Of a stretch of DNA of 64,000 nt, positions 36,484-47,777 are shown in pieces. Below the pieces are notes generated by a model. That model was not told the DNA's origin, searched no databases, and saw nothing but the letters and a program-made list of their open reading frames with translations. The stretch's first letter is position 1; each line of letters begins with the position of its first letter. The translations under genes were made by a program, and so were the position numbers. Origin of the DNA: an uncultured Aquimarina sp. (GTDB taxonomy: Bacteria; Bacteroidota; Bacteroidia; Flavobacteriales; Flavobacteriaceae); the NCBI GenBank assembly GCA_947499005.1, contig CANMML010000018.1, positions 6,325 to 70,324 on the forward strand, given 5' to 3'.

Positions 36484-38469
36484 TTACTCCCTAAAACTAA
36501 AAGCATCAACAGCTATAGGTGCTTCTTTTTTTTCATTAAAATGCTCTCCGGTTATACGAAGCTCGAGCTTGTGAAGCCCTTTATGCATAATTGGCGTTTG
36601 ATAGATTACGGTATTATGGATATCAGTACCAAAAAAACAATCAATTTTTTCAACAAATTGATTGTCTATATATACGTCACACATTCCCATAGCTTTGCTA
36701 ATGTTGCCAATAGATCGAGCTTGAGTACCATTAAAAAAGAAACTTACAGCTGCTCCTTTATCATAAGAGATCTGTTCTTCTCCCATGTATATATTCTCTC
36801 CGATATTGTTCTTTTCCCATGTTCCAGTATAACTTACAGAAAAATGTTTATCATCAACTATATTCCATGAAGAAGAAGTGTCTATAATGACTTCATATTC
36901 TGATAAGGTATCTTTAGGAGTAAAATATAATTTATGTTGTTCATAAGGAGATAACTTAGGAATTTGATAAGAGTTTACTAGATTTCTAGAGTTTCCTTGT
37001 TTTGAAAATATATTAACATTGCATGCTTTTGAACTATGTAAACCAATATTTTCAATAACTGTATACAGACGTTCTTTTTTATTTGGATTATTAACATCTA
37101 TAGGAGTTGAAATTAGAGCAGCAGGATCTTCTTCAAAATTTGGCAATAACGCGTAGCCATGAAATAATTCGTTTGAAGTCGTCTTACCAATAAGTTTTAG
37201 ATCGTAATGTGTAGATGGAATATTAAGACTTTTTTTGTTGAAAGTGATTATCAAATCGTTTTTATCAATAGTATGTTTTACTACTTTACTTCCTTCACCA
37301 TAATTTACAATATTGGATGATCCAAGAGTTAAAGTGCTTATATCAATATCTTTTATGGCATTAAATTTCTTTTCAGATTTTATTCTAATTTTTATTTCAG
37401 TGTCTTTTTGTAGCGTTTTATGATTTTCTATTTCAATAATCCTTTCGACAGCTAAAGGAAGAATAACATGTTTTGAGTTATGGTTGTCATTACCAAGGTC
37501 TTTTCTTTTGGCAACATCAATAACACCAAAAGACATATAGGTAGCTCGACCATATTCATCTTGGATTACTTTTGGACGTTCAATTTTTACCCATTCGTTA
37601 GTTGTTCCATCAGTATACTTAAATATGGTTTTATCATAAGCCAATCCAGGTTCAATAATCCAATCTATACCATTCAAAGAACGCATATGTACCGATTTTT
37701 TTTCAATAGCATGATTATAGACTACATGATATTGATGCCTGCTTTTCCAAATAATAGGATCTTCTGGATACCCACTATATCTACTATAATTATGTGCCGA
37801 AACAATATTAAAAGGGCCTAGAATACCATTATTAGAGATCATTACATCTCCTCTTTTTGTGAAAAATAAAAAGCTGCCATCTTTACGTTCTAGTCCTGTT
37901 AGGTTGGTTTTTAAATGCGATAAACCTTTATATCCTCGAGTGTTGATATTTAGTTTTCCTTTAAAATTCCATGCTCCATTAAGCGTGTTTGAAGCGTAAA
38001 CATTAGCATCACTTGTATGTAATATATAAGAGCCATCTTTTAAAGCTATAATTTCGGGATTATGTCCTTTTTCTAATATAGTGTTTGTAACCTTATAAGG
38101 CCCCATTGGGTTATCACCAACAGCATGGGCTACTTCCGATTTAGGCCAACCCCAATGACCTGTGCTCTCTTTCCATCTACAAATAGCAATATGATATTTA
38201 TTATCTGTCCCTTTAATCGCATTTCCACCCCAGTATGACCAAATATGGTCTTCAATTCCATGTTCAATATCTCTTGGGAGTACATTAGCTGCACCCCAGA
38301 TTTCTTTTGTGGTTAATTTTCCATAAATGGGTATTGGTAAAAAATAGTCCTTAAACTGCCCTCCATCAATTAATTTTCTATTTGCATCATAAGGCTCCTG
38401 AGATAAAGCTATGGTAGCGATCGTATTTAAAATAAAAAAGAACAGAAAATATTTTTTTTGAGGTTTCAT
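36484..38469 (-). CDS. Secreted five-bladed propeller GH of the GH43/62/32/68/117-like group, with C-terminal CARDB-like and jelly-roll modules
   Basis: WSYWGG..YHIAICRW..VAHAVGDNPMGPY, GHNPEI, EDPIIW, IERPKV; C-terminal GAAVSFFFNGTQ..VYIDNQ..GLHKLELR; ATG 38469 gives a signal peptide. Confidence 0.7.
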   Translation of the reverse strand: MKPQKKYFLFFFILNTIATIALSQEPYDANRKLIDGGQFKDYFLPIPIYGKLTTKEIWGAANVLPRDIEHGIEDHIWSYWGGNAIKGTDNKYHIAICRWKESTGHWGWPKSEVAHAVGDNPMGPYKVTNTILEKGHNPEIIALKDGSYILHTSDANVYASNTLNGAWNFKGKLNINTRGYKGLSHLKTNLTGLERKDGSFLFFTKRGDVMISNNGILGPFNIVSAHNYSRYSGYPEDPIIWKSRHQYHVVYNHAIEKKSVHMRSLNGIDWIIEPGLAYDKTIFKYTDGTTNEWVKIERPKVIQDEYGRATYMSFGVIDVAKRKDLGNDNHNSKHVILPLAVERIIEIENHKTLQKDTEIKIRIKSEKKFNAIKDIDISTLTLGSSNIVNYGEGSKVVKHTIDKNDLIITFNKKSLNIPSTHYDLKLIGKTTSNELFHGYALLPNFEEDPAALISTPIDVNNPNKKERLYTVIENIGLHSSKACNVNIFSKQGNSRNLVNSYQIPKLSPYEQHKLYFTPKDTLSEYEVIIDTSSSWNIVDDKHFSVSYTGTWEKNNIGENIYMGEEQISYDKGAAVSFFFNGTQARSIGNISKAMGMCDVYIDNQFVEKIDCFFGTDIHNTVIYQTPIMHKGLHKLELRITGEHFNEKKEAPIAVDAFSFRE

Positions 38470-38885
38470 CAGTATCACCATTTTGTCTTGAGGAGCACCC
38501 ATTAATAGATATTCAATATCATATTTATTCTGAATGTCTAGGGCATTATTAAATAATACTACAAGGTATTTATAAAACAGATATTTAAATGGAATTATAT
38601 AGCCATATTTTGTTATTTTTTAACTTAATTTAGTTTTAAATATGATTAATTTGGCGTAATGAGTGTGTTTTTTGTTTGATAAAATAAATACTTTTATAAA
38701 TGCTGGATCATATCCATTATTAATAACACACAAATAGTTTTATCGCTTTTTTAAGTTAGAATAATAACCAAGAAACAAGGCTGTTTATTAGGCGATATAT
38801 GTATTTCTAACGGTTCATATTTCACAATGAACTTATGTTTACGCATTGTGTACTCAACAACTTAAACTACTCAAAATATATCATT

Positions 38886-41603
38886 ATGAAGACAGGTAAA
38901 AGTATCGGACTTATTTACGTGCTGTTTTTTTTAAGCTCATTTAATTTTTATGGACAAACTAAAAAACAACAACCAGAATATTCTAAAGGGGGGTATTATG
39001 AATTACCAAATTCAGGAAGGGCAGTTTTAGATTTTAATGTTGGTTGGAAATATCATAAAGGTAGTGTAGCTAATGCAAACAATAGAGGGTATGATGATGC
39101 TTCTTGGGAAATAGTGAATACACCTCATGGGTTAGAATTGAATCCTTTAATTGCAAGCGGGTCGAATAACTATCAAGGAGAGGCTTGGTATAGAAAACAT
39201 TTTACAATACCAGATAGTCTTACTGAAAAACGTTTAGTGATCCATTTTGAATCTGTTATGGGGAAATCGAAAGTCTGGTTAAATGGTAAGCTTTTGACCA
39301 CGCATTATGGAGGATATCTACCTTTTAGTGTTGATATAACGGATGAAATAGAAGAAAACAATGTTATAGCGGTATGGACAGATAACAGTGACGATCCTAA
39401 TTACCCTCCTGGTAAACAGCAGAAAGTATTGGATTTTTCTTATTTCGGAGGTATTTATAGGGATGTTTGGCTTATAGCTACAAACAATGTTTTTATTACC
39501 AATAGTAATGCATCAACAAAAGTAGCTGGAGGTGGTGTATTTGTACATTATGAGAACTTATCTAAAGAAAGTGTTGATGTCAAGATCCAAACAGAAATAA
39601 AAAATATCGATTCATCTAGCAAAACTCTTAAAGTACATTATGTGTTGAAAGATGAAAATGATAAGCAGGTATCAGAACAATTTAGTACCATAAAAATTCC
39701 TAAAAATGCATCAAAGCAAAATAAGGTATCTATCAAGTTAAAAGATCCTTTGCTTTGGTCACCTAAAAGGCCTTATCAATATGGACTTGAAATAAGTATT
39801 CTAGATACATCTGAAGGTATTATAGATGGAGTAAAATTAAAATTAGGTATTCGTAAAATAGAGTTTAGAGGTAGAGAAGGCTTTTTTCTAAATAATGAGC
39901 CTTATGAGGGAAAATTAATGGGGGCTAACAGACATCAAGACTTTGCATATATTGGCAATGCATTACCCAATTCGGGTCAATGGCGAGATGCTATTATTTT
40001 AAAAAATGCAGGGTGTGAAATTATTCGCGGTGCACATTACCCAGCAGACCCTGCTTTTATGGATGCTTGTGATGCACTGGGAATATTTGTTATTGTTGCC
40101 ACACCAGGATGGCAATTTTGGAATGATACTAATCCGCAGTTTGAAAAGCTTATATATAATGATATAAGGCAAATGGTTAGACGAGATAGAAATCATCCCT
40201 CGGTAATTCTGTGGGAACCTATTCTAAATGAAACAGAATATCCAGATTATTTTGCTGAAAAAACACACAATTTAGTGCATGAAGAGTATCCATTTCAAGG
40301 AGCTTTTACTGCTTGTGATGCCAGAAATCACGAAGGTTCCGAATTTTTTGATCTGGTTTACAGTCACCCTCGGTTTGATCGAAAAATTCCAAAGAGTGAA
40401 TTCAATTCTAAAGAGAAAAAAATACAGCCTTCTCAATTCGATTATAGTACAGAGCATAGGAGTATTTTTACAAGAGAATGGGGAGATAATGTAGACGATT
40501 GGAATTCACATAATTCGACTAGTAGAGTAGCTAGAGGTTGGGGCGAGTCGGCACAATTAATACAAGCAAATCATTATGCTAATACAAAACATCGATTAAC
40601 CAATTGGGAAACCATCTACAGTACACCTAGACAACATGTTGGTGGGGCACTTTGGCATTCATTTGATCACCAAAGAGGGTACCACCCAGATCCATTTTAT
40701 GGGGGTATAGCAGATGCTTTCAGACAGCCCAAATACTCCTATTATTTGTTTGAAGCACAACAAAAAGCCTCAGAAAGTAAGCCAATGGCATATATAGCAC
40801 ACGAGATGTCTCCTTTTTCAAGTAAAGATGTTAGTGTATTTACAAATTGTGATGAGGTTAGACTTATTGTAATGGGAAAAGATACCTTAAGTATCAAGAA
40901 AAACAAAGATGCTTTTAATATGCCTAATCCAATTATGGTTTTCGAAGATGTATTTGATTTTATGGATTTAAAAAAGCTTTACAGAAGTAAACGACATAAA
41001 GAGGCTACCATTGTAGCAGAGGGCATTATAGATGGGAAAGTGGTAGTTTCATCAACAAAGAGGCCAACAAATAGAAGGACAAAAATTAAATTAGAATTAG
41101 CGGATAATGATATTGCACTTGTTGCCAATGGATCCGATATAATAACTGTTATAGCCTCGATAGTGGATGATAATGGAAATGTGAAACGTTTGTGTAATGA
41201 TTATATAAAATTTGAGATAGAGGGAGAGGGAGAAATTGTTGGTGATGCTAGTATAATGGCTAATCCTAGAAAAGTAGATTGGGGTACAGCTCCTGTTTTA
41301 ATTCGTTCTACTACGAATGCAGGGAACATTAAAATTAAAGCTTCCGTATTAAAAGAGGGGATACATACACCAATTTCCGCAGTGTTATCGTTTGAATCGA
41401 TTGAACCCGATATTTCATTATTATTTGAAGATATACCTGCTTTGATTTCTAGTTCAGAACCCGAAGTTTTGGCAAAAACTAAAATATCTAATAATAGAGT
41501 TGGTATTTTAGAAAGTAAAATTTTAAAACTAGAAAAAGAGTTAAATCGTTATAAACTTAAAGAGGTAGAGAAACAACAACAAATTTTTGAAGGGAATGAT
41601 TGA
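38886..41603 (+). CDS. GH2 beta-galactosidase-like enzyme
   Basis: FNVGWKY, WYRKHF, GGIYRDVWL, GANRHQD, IRGAHYP, RDRNHPSVILWEPILNE, REWGD; ATG 38886 preferred. Confidence 0.9.
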   Translation: MKTGKSIGLIYVLFFLSSFNFYGQTKKQQPEYSKGGYYELPNSGRAVLDFNVGWKYHKGSVANANNRGYDDASWEIVNTPHGLELNPLIASGSNNYQGEAWYRKHFTIPDSLTEKRLVIHFESVMGKSKVWLNGKLLTTHYGGYLPFSVDITDEIEENNVIAVWTDNSDDPNYPPGKQQKVLDFSYFGGIYRDVWLIATNNVFITNSNASTKVAGGGVFVHYENLSKESVDVKIQTEIKNIDSSSKTLKVHYVLKDENDKQVSEQFSTIKIPKNASKQNKVSIKLKDPLLWSPKRPYQYGLEISILDTSEGIIDGVKLKLGIRKIEFRGREGFFLNNEPYEGKLMGANRHQDFAYIGNALPNSGQWRDAIILKNAGCEIIRGAHYPADPAFMDACDALGIFVIVATPGWQFWNDTNPQFEKLIYNDIRQMVRRDRNHPSVILWEPILNETEYPDYFAEKTHNLVHEEYPFQGAFTACDARNHEGSEFFDLVYSHPRFDRKIPKSEFNSKEKKIQPSQFDYSTEHRSIFTREWGDNVDDWNSHNSTSRVARGWGESAQLIQANHYANTKHRLTNWETIYSTPRQHVGGALWHSFDHQRGYHPDPFYGGIADAFRQPKYSYYLFEAQQKASESKPMAYIAHEMSPFSSKDVSVFTNCDEVRLIVMGKDTLSIKKNKDAFNMPNPIMVFEDVFDFMDLKKLYRSKRHKEATIVAEGIIDGKVVVSSTKRPTNRRTKIKLELADNDIALVANGSDIITVIASIVDDNGNVKRLCNDYIKFEIEGEGEIVGDASIMANPRKVDWGTAPVLIRSTTNAGNIKIKASVLKEGIHTPISAVLSFESIEPDISLLFEDIPALISSSEPEVLAKTKISNNRVGILESKILKLEKELNRYKLKEVEKQQQIFEGND

Positions 41604-41608
41604 TTTTC

Positions 41609-41666
41609 CACTATGTACATTACGCTAATCGTTTTAAGAAAAGCGATTAGCGTAATGTACATAGTG
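41609..41666. terminator. Bidirectional hairpin with 23-bp perfect arms between convergent genes
   Basis: cactatgtacattacgctaatcg (41609-41631) / cgattagcgtaatgtacatagtg (41644-41666). Confidence 0.8.
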
Positions 41667-41740
41667 TATATCAGAAGAGGATAATTTTAATCAACTTTCA
41701 GTTTGAATCAAAACCGAATAGATTTTTACTCGAAGGAGTA

Positions 41741-43279
41741 TTAGTTCCAATAATCAAAAACAAATGCATCTTTAATTAAGGGTTTTACATTTTTAAGAAG
41801 TTCAAGATGAGCTTTATGGTGTAAATAGGTTTCTAAATCTTCCTGAGTCTTAAATGTTAAGGTAAAACAGTGAGTGAAACCTTTGTCATGACCTTCTTTA
41901 CTAGTATTAGTTCCCCATTCAAAATCTTCAATAACAGCAATTTTATTTTTCAACTCAACAAAATTATTGACTGCATCTTCTACTTCTTCTTTTGAAGCCT
42001 CGTCTTTATAAGTAAGACAGACTAAATGCCTTAAAACATTAGATGCTTTGGTTTTTGTTTCTGAATTTTTAAGTACTTGATAAGAGAAAAATTGCTTTAG
42101 ACTTTGATCCACAGAACCAGCTAAAAAGAAATAGTTATTCTTAATTTTTATAGATGACATTCCATAATATATAGGATACTTAACAGGTAATGTTGTTAAA
42201 GGTTCCAAAATACCAGATGCATTTAATTCTAATATTTGAATACTATGGTCATCTTTAGTGGCTACAGCTACATAAGCTTTTTGGTCATCAATTTTTAAAA
42301 GATCAATTTTAGTTTGTCCTGCTAATAGTGTCTTTTCATTATTTACATAAACAAAGTGAGGTTGAATTTCCCCTTTTTTAGATATTTTAAAAACACTAAC
42401 TCCGTCTCCATGGTAGACAAAATCTTTTTTCTTGATAAACTCTATTCTCTTGTAATACTTATGATGTCTGTGTCCTACAATAACATAGTGATTACCGTTT
42501 AATGTAACTCCATTTACAGGATAAGTTCCAGTTAAATATCTGTCAGTAGTATTGTCCGAAATATTGCTTACATTTTTAAATGTTCCATCCTCATAAACTC
42601 TAAAGCTGCTGATGCCATTATCATGGAATCCACCTGTAAAAAGAAATGTTTTCCCGTTAATTAGGTGGGTATACATCCCTATAATTCCGTCAGTATGAAT
42701 GGTGTCATCATCTTGTAGTGATGTGACATGAGATAGAGACCCGTCTTTAGATATTTTAAAAGAACTTAAACCTGGAGTACTTTCTAAGCCTCCAACAAAG
42801 AGGTAAGAAGCTTCTTGCATATGAATTACTTCTAAAGTAATGACAGTACCTAAATAAGTCTCAGGAGTATCTTTAAGGATAAAAACACGGTCTAATTTAC
42901 CTGTTGTAGCTATTTTAAAAACTTCTACAGAATTATCTCCTTTGTTACCAACAAATAAGAAATCATTACCCTCAATACGATCAGCGATTAAACCTCTAGA
43001 AGGGCCAGTTTCATTATTTAAACGGTAAGATTCTATTTTTGAAAGTGCTCCTTTTGGGTTAATTTCAAAAGCATCAATAATTCCACCATCTCCACCCGAG
43101 TATGCGAAATTTTTATCTCCAATACTGTATGTGGTAGAAGTAACAGTATTATGAGAGGTAGTTTCCGTTCCTACTTCTAGAGAAGTATAATGATCTAAGT
43201 TAGGTAAAGACTGTGCTAGGGTAGAATACGTTGTTGTCAAGGCAATTATTCCACCTATAAGGATGTTTGTGTAATTCAT
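41741..43279 (-). CDS. Secreted lactonase-like beta-propeller fused to a C-terminal Dabb (stress-responsive A/B barrel) domain
   Basis: Signal peptide; repeated blades (DAFEINPKGAL, VEVFKIATTGKL, LSSFKISKDGSL, ISSFRVYEDGTF, VSVFKISKKGEI); C-terminal LRHLVCLTYK..FEWGTNTSKEG..GFTHCFTLTF..YLHHKAH..VFDYW. Confidence 0.75.
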   Translation of the reverse strand: MNYTNILIGGIIALTTTYSTLAQSLPNLDHYTSLEVGTETTSHNTVTSTTYSIGDKNFAYSGGDGGIIDAFEINPKGALSKIESYRLNNETGPSRGLIADRIEGNDFLFVGNKGDNSVEVFKIATTGKLDRVFILKDTPETYLGTVITLEVIHMQEASYLFVGGLESTPGLSSFKISKDGSLSHVTSLQDDDTIHTDGIIGMYTHLINGKTFLFTGGFHDNGISSFRVYEDGTFKNVSNISDNTTDRYLTGTYPVNGVTLNGNHYVIVGHRHHKYYKRIEFIKKKDFVYHGDGVSVFKISKKGEIQPHFVYVNNEKTLLAGQTKIDLLKIDDQKAYVAVATKDDHSIQILELNASGILEPLTTLPVKYPIYYGMSSIKIKNNYFFLAGSVDQSLKQFFSYQVLKNSETKTKASNVLRHLVCLTYKDEASKEEVEDAVNNFVELKNKIAVIEDFEWGTNTSKEGHDKGFTHCFTLTFKTQEDLETYLHHKAHLELLKNVKPLIKDAFVFDYWN

Positions 43280-43312
43280 TGTTATAGAGTCGTGTAAATA
43301 GGTGTTAGTTTC

Positions 43313-43798
43313 TTATTGTAATAGGAATTTGGCAGCGAAATAAGCAATGTCTTCATCCTCATCGATTGTAGCTCCACTGATTCCAATAGCTCCAATGATG
43401 TCGCCATTTTTATCTTTTAGGGGTATCCCACCAGGAAAAGTAATAAGGCCTCCATTAGAATGTTCTATGTTATAAATTATTCCTCCGGGTTGAGTTAATT
43501 TTCCTAAATCACGGGTTGATACATCGAAATAGCGTGCTGTTTTTGCTTTTTTTATAGCAACATCAATACTCCCTAGATAAGCTCCATCCATTCGCTTAAA
43601 CGCTTTTAAGTCAGCGCCTTTATCTACAATGGCAATATTTACTTTAACTTTCAATTCATTAGCTCTTTGTAGGGCTAATTCCAATAGTTTTTCAGCTTTT
43701 TCTAATGTTAATTCATCCGCTTTTTGTCCATAGGTTGTTATTGAAAAACTACAAAGAATCATCAATAATGCCTTAATTGTTAGCTTTTTTAATATCAT
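43313..43798 (-). CDS. GlcG/HbpS family heme-binding protein with signal peptide
   Basis: VNIAIVDKGA..RMDGAYLGSIDVAIKKAKTA..FPGGIPL..IGAIGISG. Confidence 0.88.
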   Translation of the reverse strand: MILKKLTIKALLMILCSFSITTYGQKADELTLEKAEKLLELALQRANELKVKVNIAIVDKGADLKAFKRMDGAYLGSIDVAIKKAKTARYFDVSTRDLGKLTQPGGIIYNIEHSNGGLITFPGGIPLKDKNGDIIGAIGISGATIDEDEDIAYFAAKFLLQ

Positions 43799-43866
43799 AA
43801 TGTTTCAATTTACATAAGCAAATTACAACAAGAATTTTAAAACAGTGTTGAATAAGTTCAACGGCA

Positions 43867-44433
43867 TTATTTTTTTATTTTACTTAAGAATTCGTGTGAG
43901 ATCCCTAAATACTTTGCAATTTGCCTGTCGCTTAACCTTGAAACGATTTTAGGGTAAGTGTTTATGAAATGTTGATGGCGTTCTTTTGCTGTTAGGCAAT
44001 GATTGCGAATTAATCTTTTTTGCCAAGCTACAACCGCTTTTTGTGACATGATCCTGAAAAGCTTATTGGTGATTGGGAGGGATTCGTATAAGAAGTCTTT
44101 ATCGGTTTTCGATATCACTAGAATATCACTAGTTTCTAGGGCTTCGATGTTTAATTCGGAAGGAGATCCATTCATAAAGCTATCGATGTCCATTAGCCAC
44201 CAATCTTCAATGGCTATGTATAGATTTTTTTCGTTTCCTTTTTTATCGATGCTGTAGATTCTAAAGCATCCATTGATCACGAAGCCTTCAAATTTACAAA
44301 TGTCATTCTGTGTAAGTAAAAATTCACCTTTTGTCACAGAGAGAGGCTTAAAATATTTGCAAATAATATTCAGGTCATTTTCTGATAATGAAACAAATTT
44401 TCGGAAGTGATCTCTTAAAAGACTATGAGACAT
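43867..44433 (-). CDS. Crp/Fnr family transcriptional regulator
   Basis: cNMP-binding domain (KGEFLL..GCFRIY..IEALE), C-terminal HTH IAKYLGISHEFLSKIKK. Confidence 0.92.
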   Translation of the reverse strand: MSHSLLRDHFRKFVSLSENDLNIICKYFKPLSVTKGEFLLTQNDICKFEGFVINGCFRIYSIDKKGNEKNLYIAIEDWWLMDIDSFMNGSPSELNIEALETSDILVISKTDKDFLYESLPITNKLFRIMSQKAVVAWQKRLIRNHCLTAKERHQHFINTYPKIVSRLSDRQIAKYLGISHEFLSKIKK

Positions 44434-44466
44434 TATTTTATTGAGTTGTATTGGGTAATTTATTTA

Positions 44467-44651
44467 AACCCACATTATGCATTAGAAAATCTATTTCGTA
44501 TCGAAATCTCTGCAAAATCAAACGCTTCGCTGTATTTTTTATCCGATAGCTATCAGATTAACCATAACGGGGTTATGCTGCAATCAAGAAAATACTTGAT
44601 TTTATAGAACTTTCAATACTTATAACGAAGTTCTAATGCATAATACGAGTT
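44467..44651 (-). ncRNA. Candidate structured leader/sRNA upstream of the Crp/Fnr gene
   Basis: 14-bp perfect IR attatgcattagaa/ttctaatgcataat extending to 21 bp with G-U pairs on the minus strand, enclosing four hairpins. Confidence 0.4.
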
Positions 44652-44717
44652 AAAAATAAGGAAAATGTAGTGATGTGAGACGTAATACGATTTGCGAATA
44701 ATAATTTCGTTTAATAG

Positions 44718-44754
44718 AAAACGACTCAAAAAGAAAACCTTAATGAGCCGTTTT
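44718..44754 (-). terminator. Terminator after icd
   Basis: aaaacgactca..tgagccgtttt, with a G-U pair on the minus strand. Confidence 0.65.
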
Positions 44755-44779
44755 ACACTATTAACTTGAAAATTTTTCT

Positions 44780-47026
<2,247 letters not shown>

Positions 47027-47192
47027 TTATATTATTTCGTTTGCAAAAAAATGCATGCGAATATACTAAATAAACCCCTTTAGTGTTTACTCGGTTGCGA
47101 ATTTACGCACCTAATAAAAAATGAGTTAAATTTTGAGATTATGAGAAAATTAAGTTCTTAAATTTAAGAACATTTTATTTTTGGATATAAAA

Positions 47193-47219
47193 AAAGCCAT
47201 TTGCATTGCAAATGGCTTT
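47193..47219 (-). terminator. Terminator after rplS
   Basis: aaagccatttgca-t-tgcaaatggcttt. Confidence 0.75.
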
Positions 47220-47238
47220 ATATTTAAATAAGAAAAAA

Positions 47239-47586
47239 TTATCTTCTTTCTTTGATACGTGCTTTCTTTCCTGTAAGCTCGCGGAAATAGAAGATACGTG
47301 CTCTACGTACTTTACCGCGTTTGTTTACTTCGATTTTTTGGATAGAAGGTAAGTTTACTGGGAAGATACGCTCTACACCAACAGTACCTGACATTTTACG
47401 GATTGTAAAAGTTTCAGAAGTACCAGTACCTCTTCTTTGTAATACAACACCACGGAAGAACTGAGTACGACTCTTTTCACCTTCCTTAATTTCGTAATAC
47501 ACAGTGATTGTATCACCAGCTGAAAAATCAGGTAATTCGTTTCTTGTTACGAATTCATCCTGAACAAATTTGATTAAATTTTCCAT
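47239..47586 (-). CDS. rplS: 50S ribosomal protein L19
   Basis: PDFSAGDTITV..RTQFFRGVV..TFTIRKMS..GVERIFP..GKVRRARIFY. Confidence 0.99.
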   Translation of the reverse strand: MENLIKFVQDEFVTRNELPDFSAGDTITVYYEIKEGEKSRTQFFRGVVLQRRGTGTSETFTIRKMSGTVGVERIFPVNLPSIQKIEVNKRGKVRRARIFYFRELTGKKARIKERR

Positions 47587-47653
47587 TTTGGATAAAATAA
47601 AGTTCTTAGATCAAAACAACATTCACGATCATCGTCAGAGGTTGATTCAATTC
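47587..47653 (-). promoter_or_regulatory. rplS 5' leader, candidate flavobacterial L19 r-leader
   Basis: Minus strand CAAC-CUCUG-ACGA-UGA-UCGU-GAAU-GUUG hairpin between the promoter (47659-47666) and the ATG. Confidence 0.5.
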
Positions 47654-47658
47654 GGGTG

Positions 47659-47666
47659 CAAAAGTA
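47659..47666 (-). promoter_or_regulatory. -7 promoter element of rplS
   Basis: TACTTTTG matches TAnnTTTG. Confidence 0.7.
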
Positions 47667-47687
47667 CTCTAAAATATTATAATTGCA

Positions 47688-47777
47688 AAGTATTAAGTAT
47701 TAAGTTTTGTGTTTGAATACTGGTTTTTAAGAAAAAAAGAAAGTCTTTATACTTAATACTAGCTACTTAATACTTTT
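47688..47777. repeat. Inverted pair of heptamer arrays
   Basis: aagtatt aagtatt aagtttt (47688-47708) versus tacttaa tactagc tacttaa tactttt (47750-47777). Confidence 0.6.
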
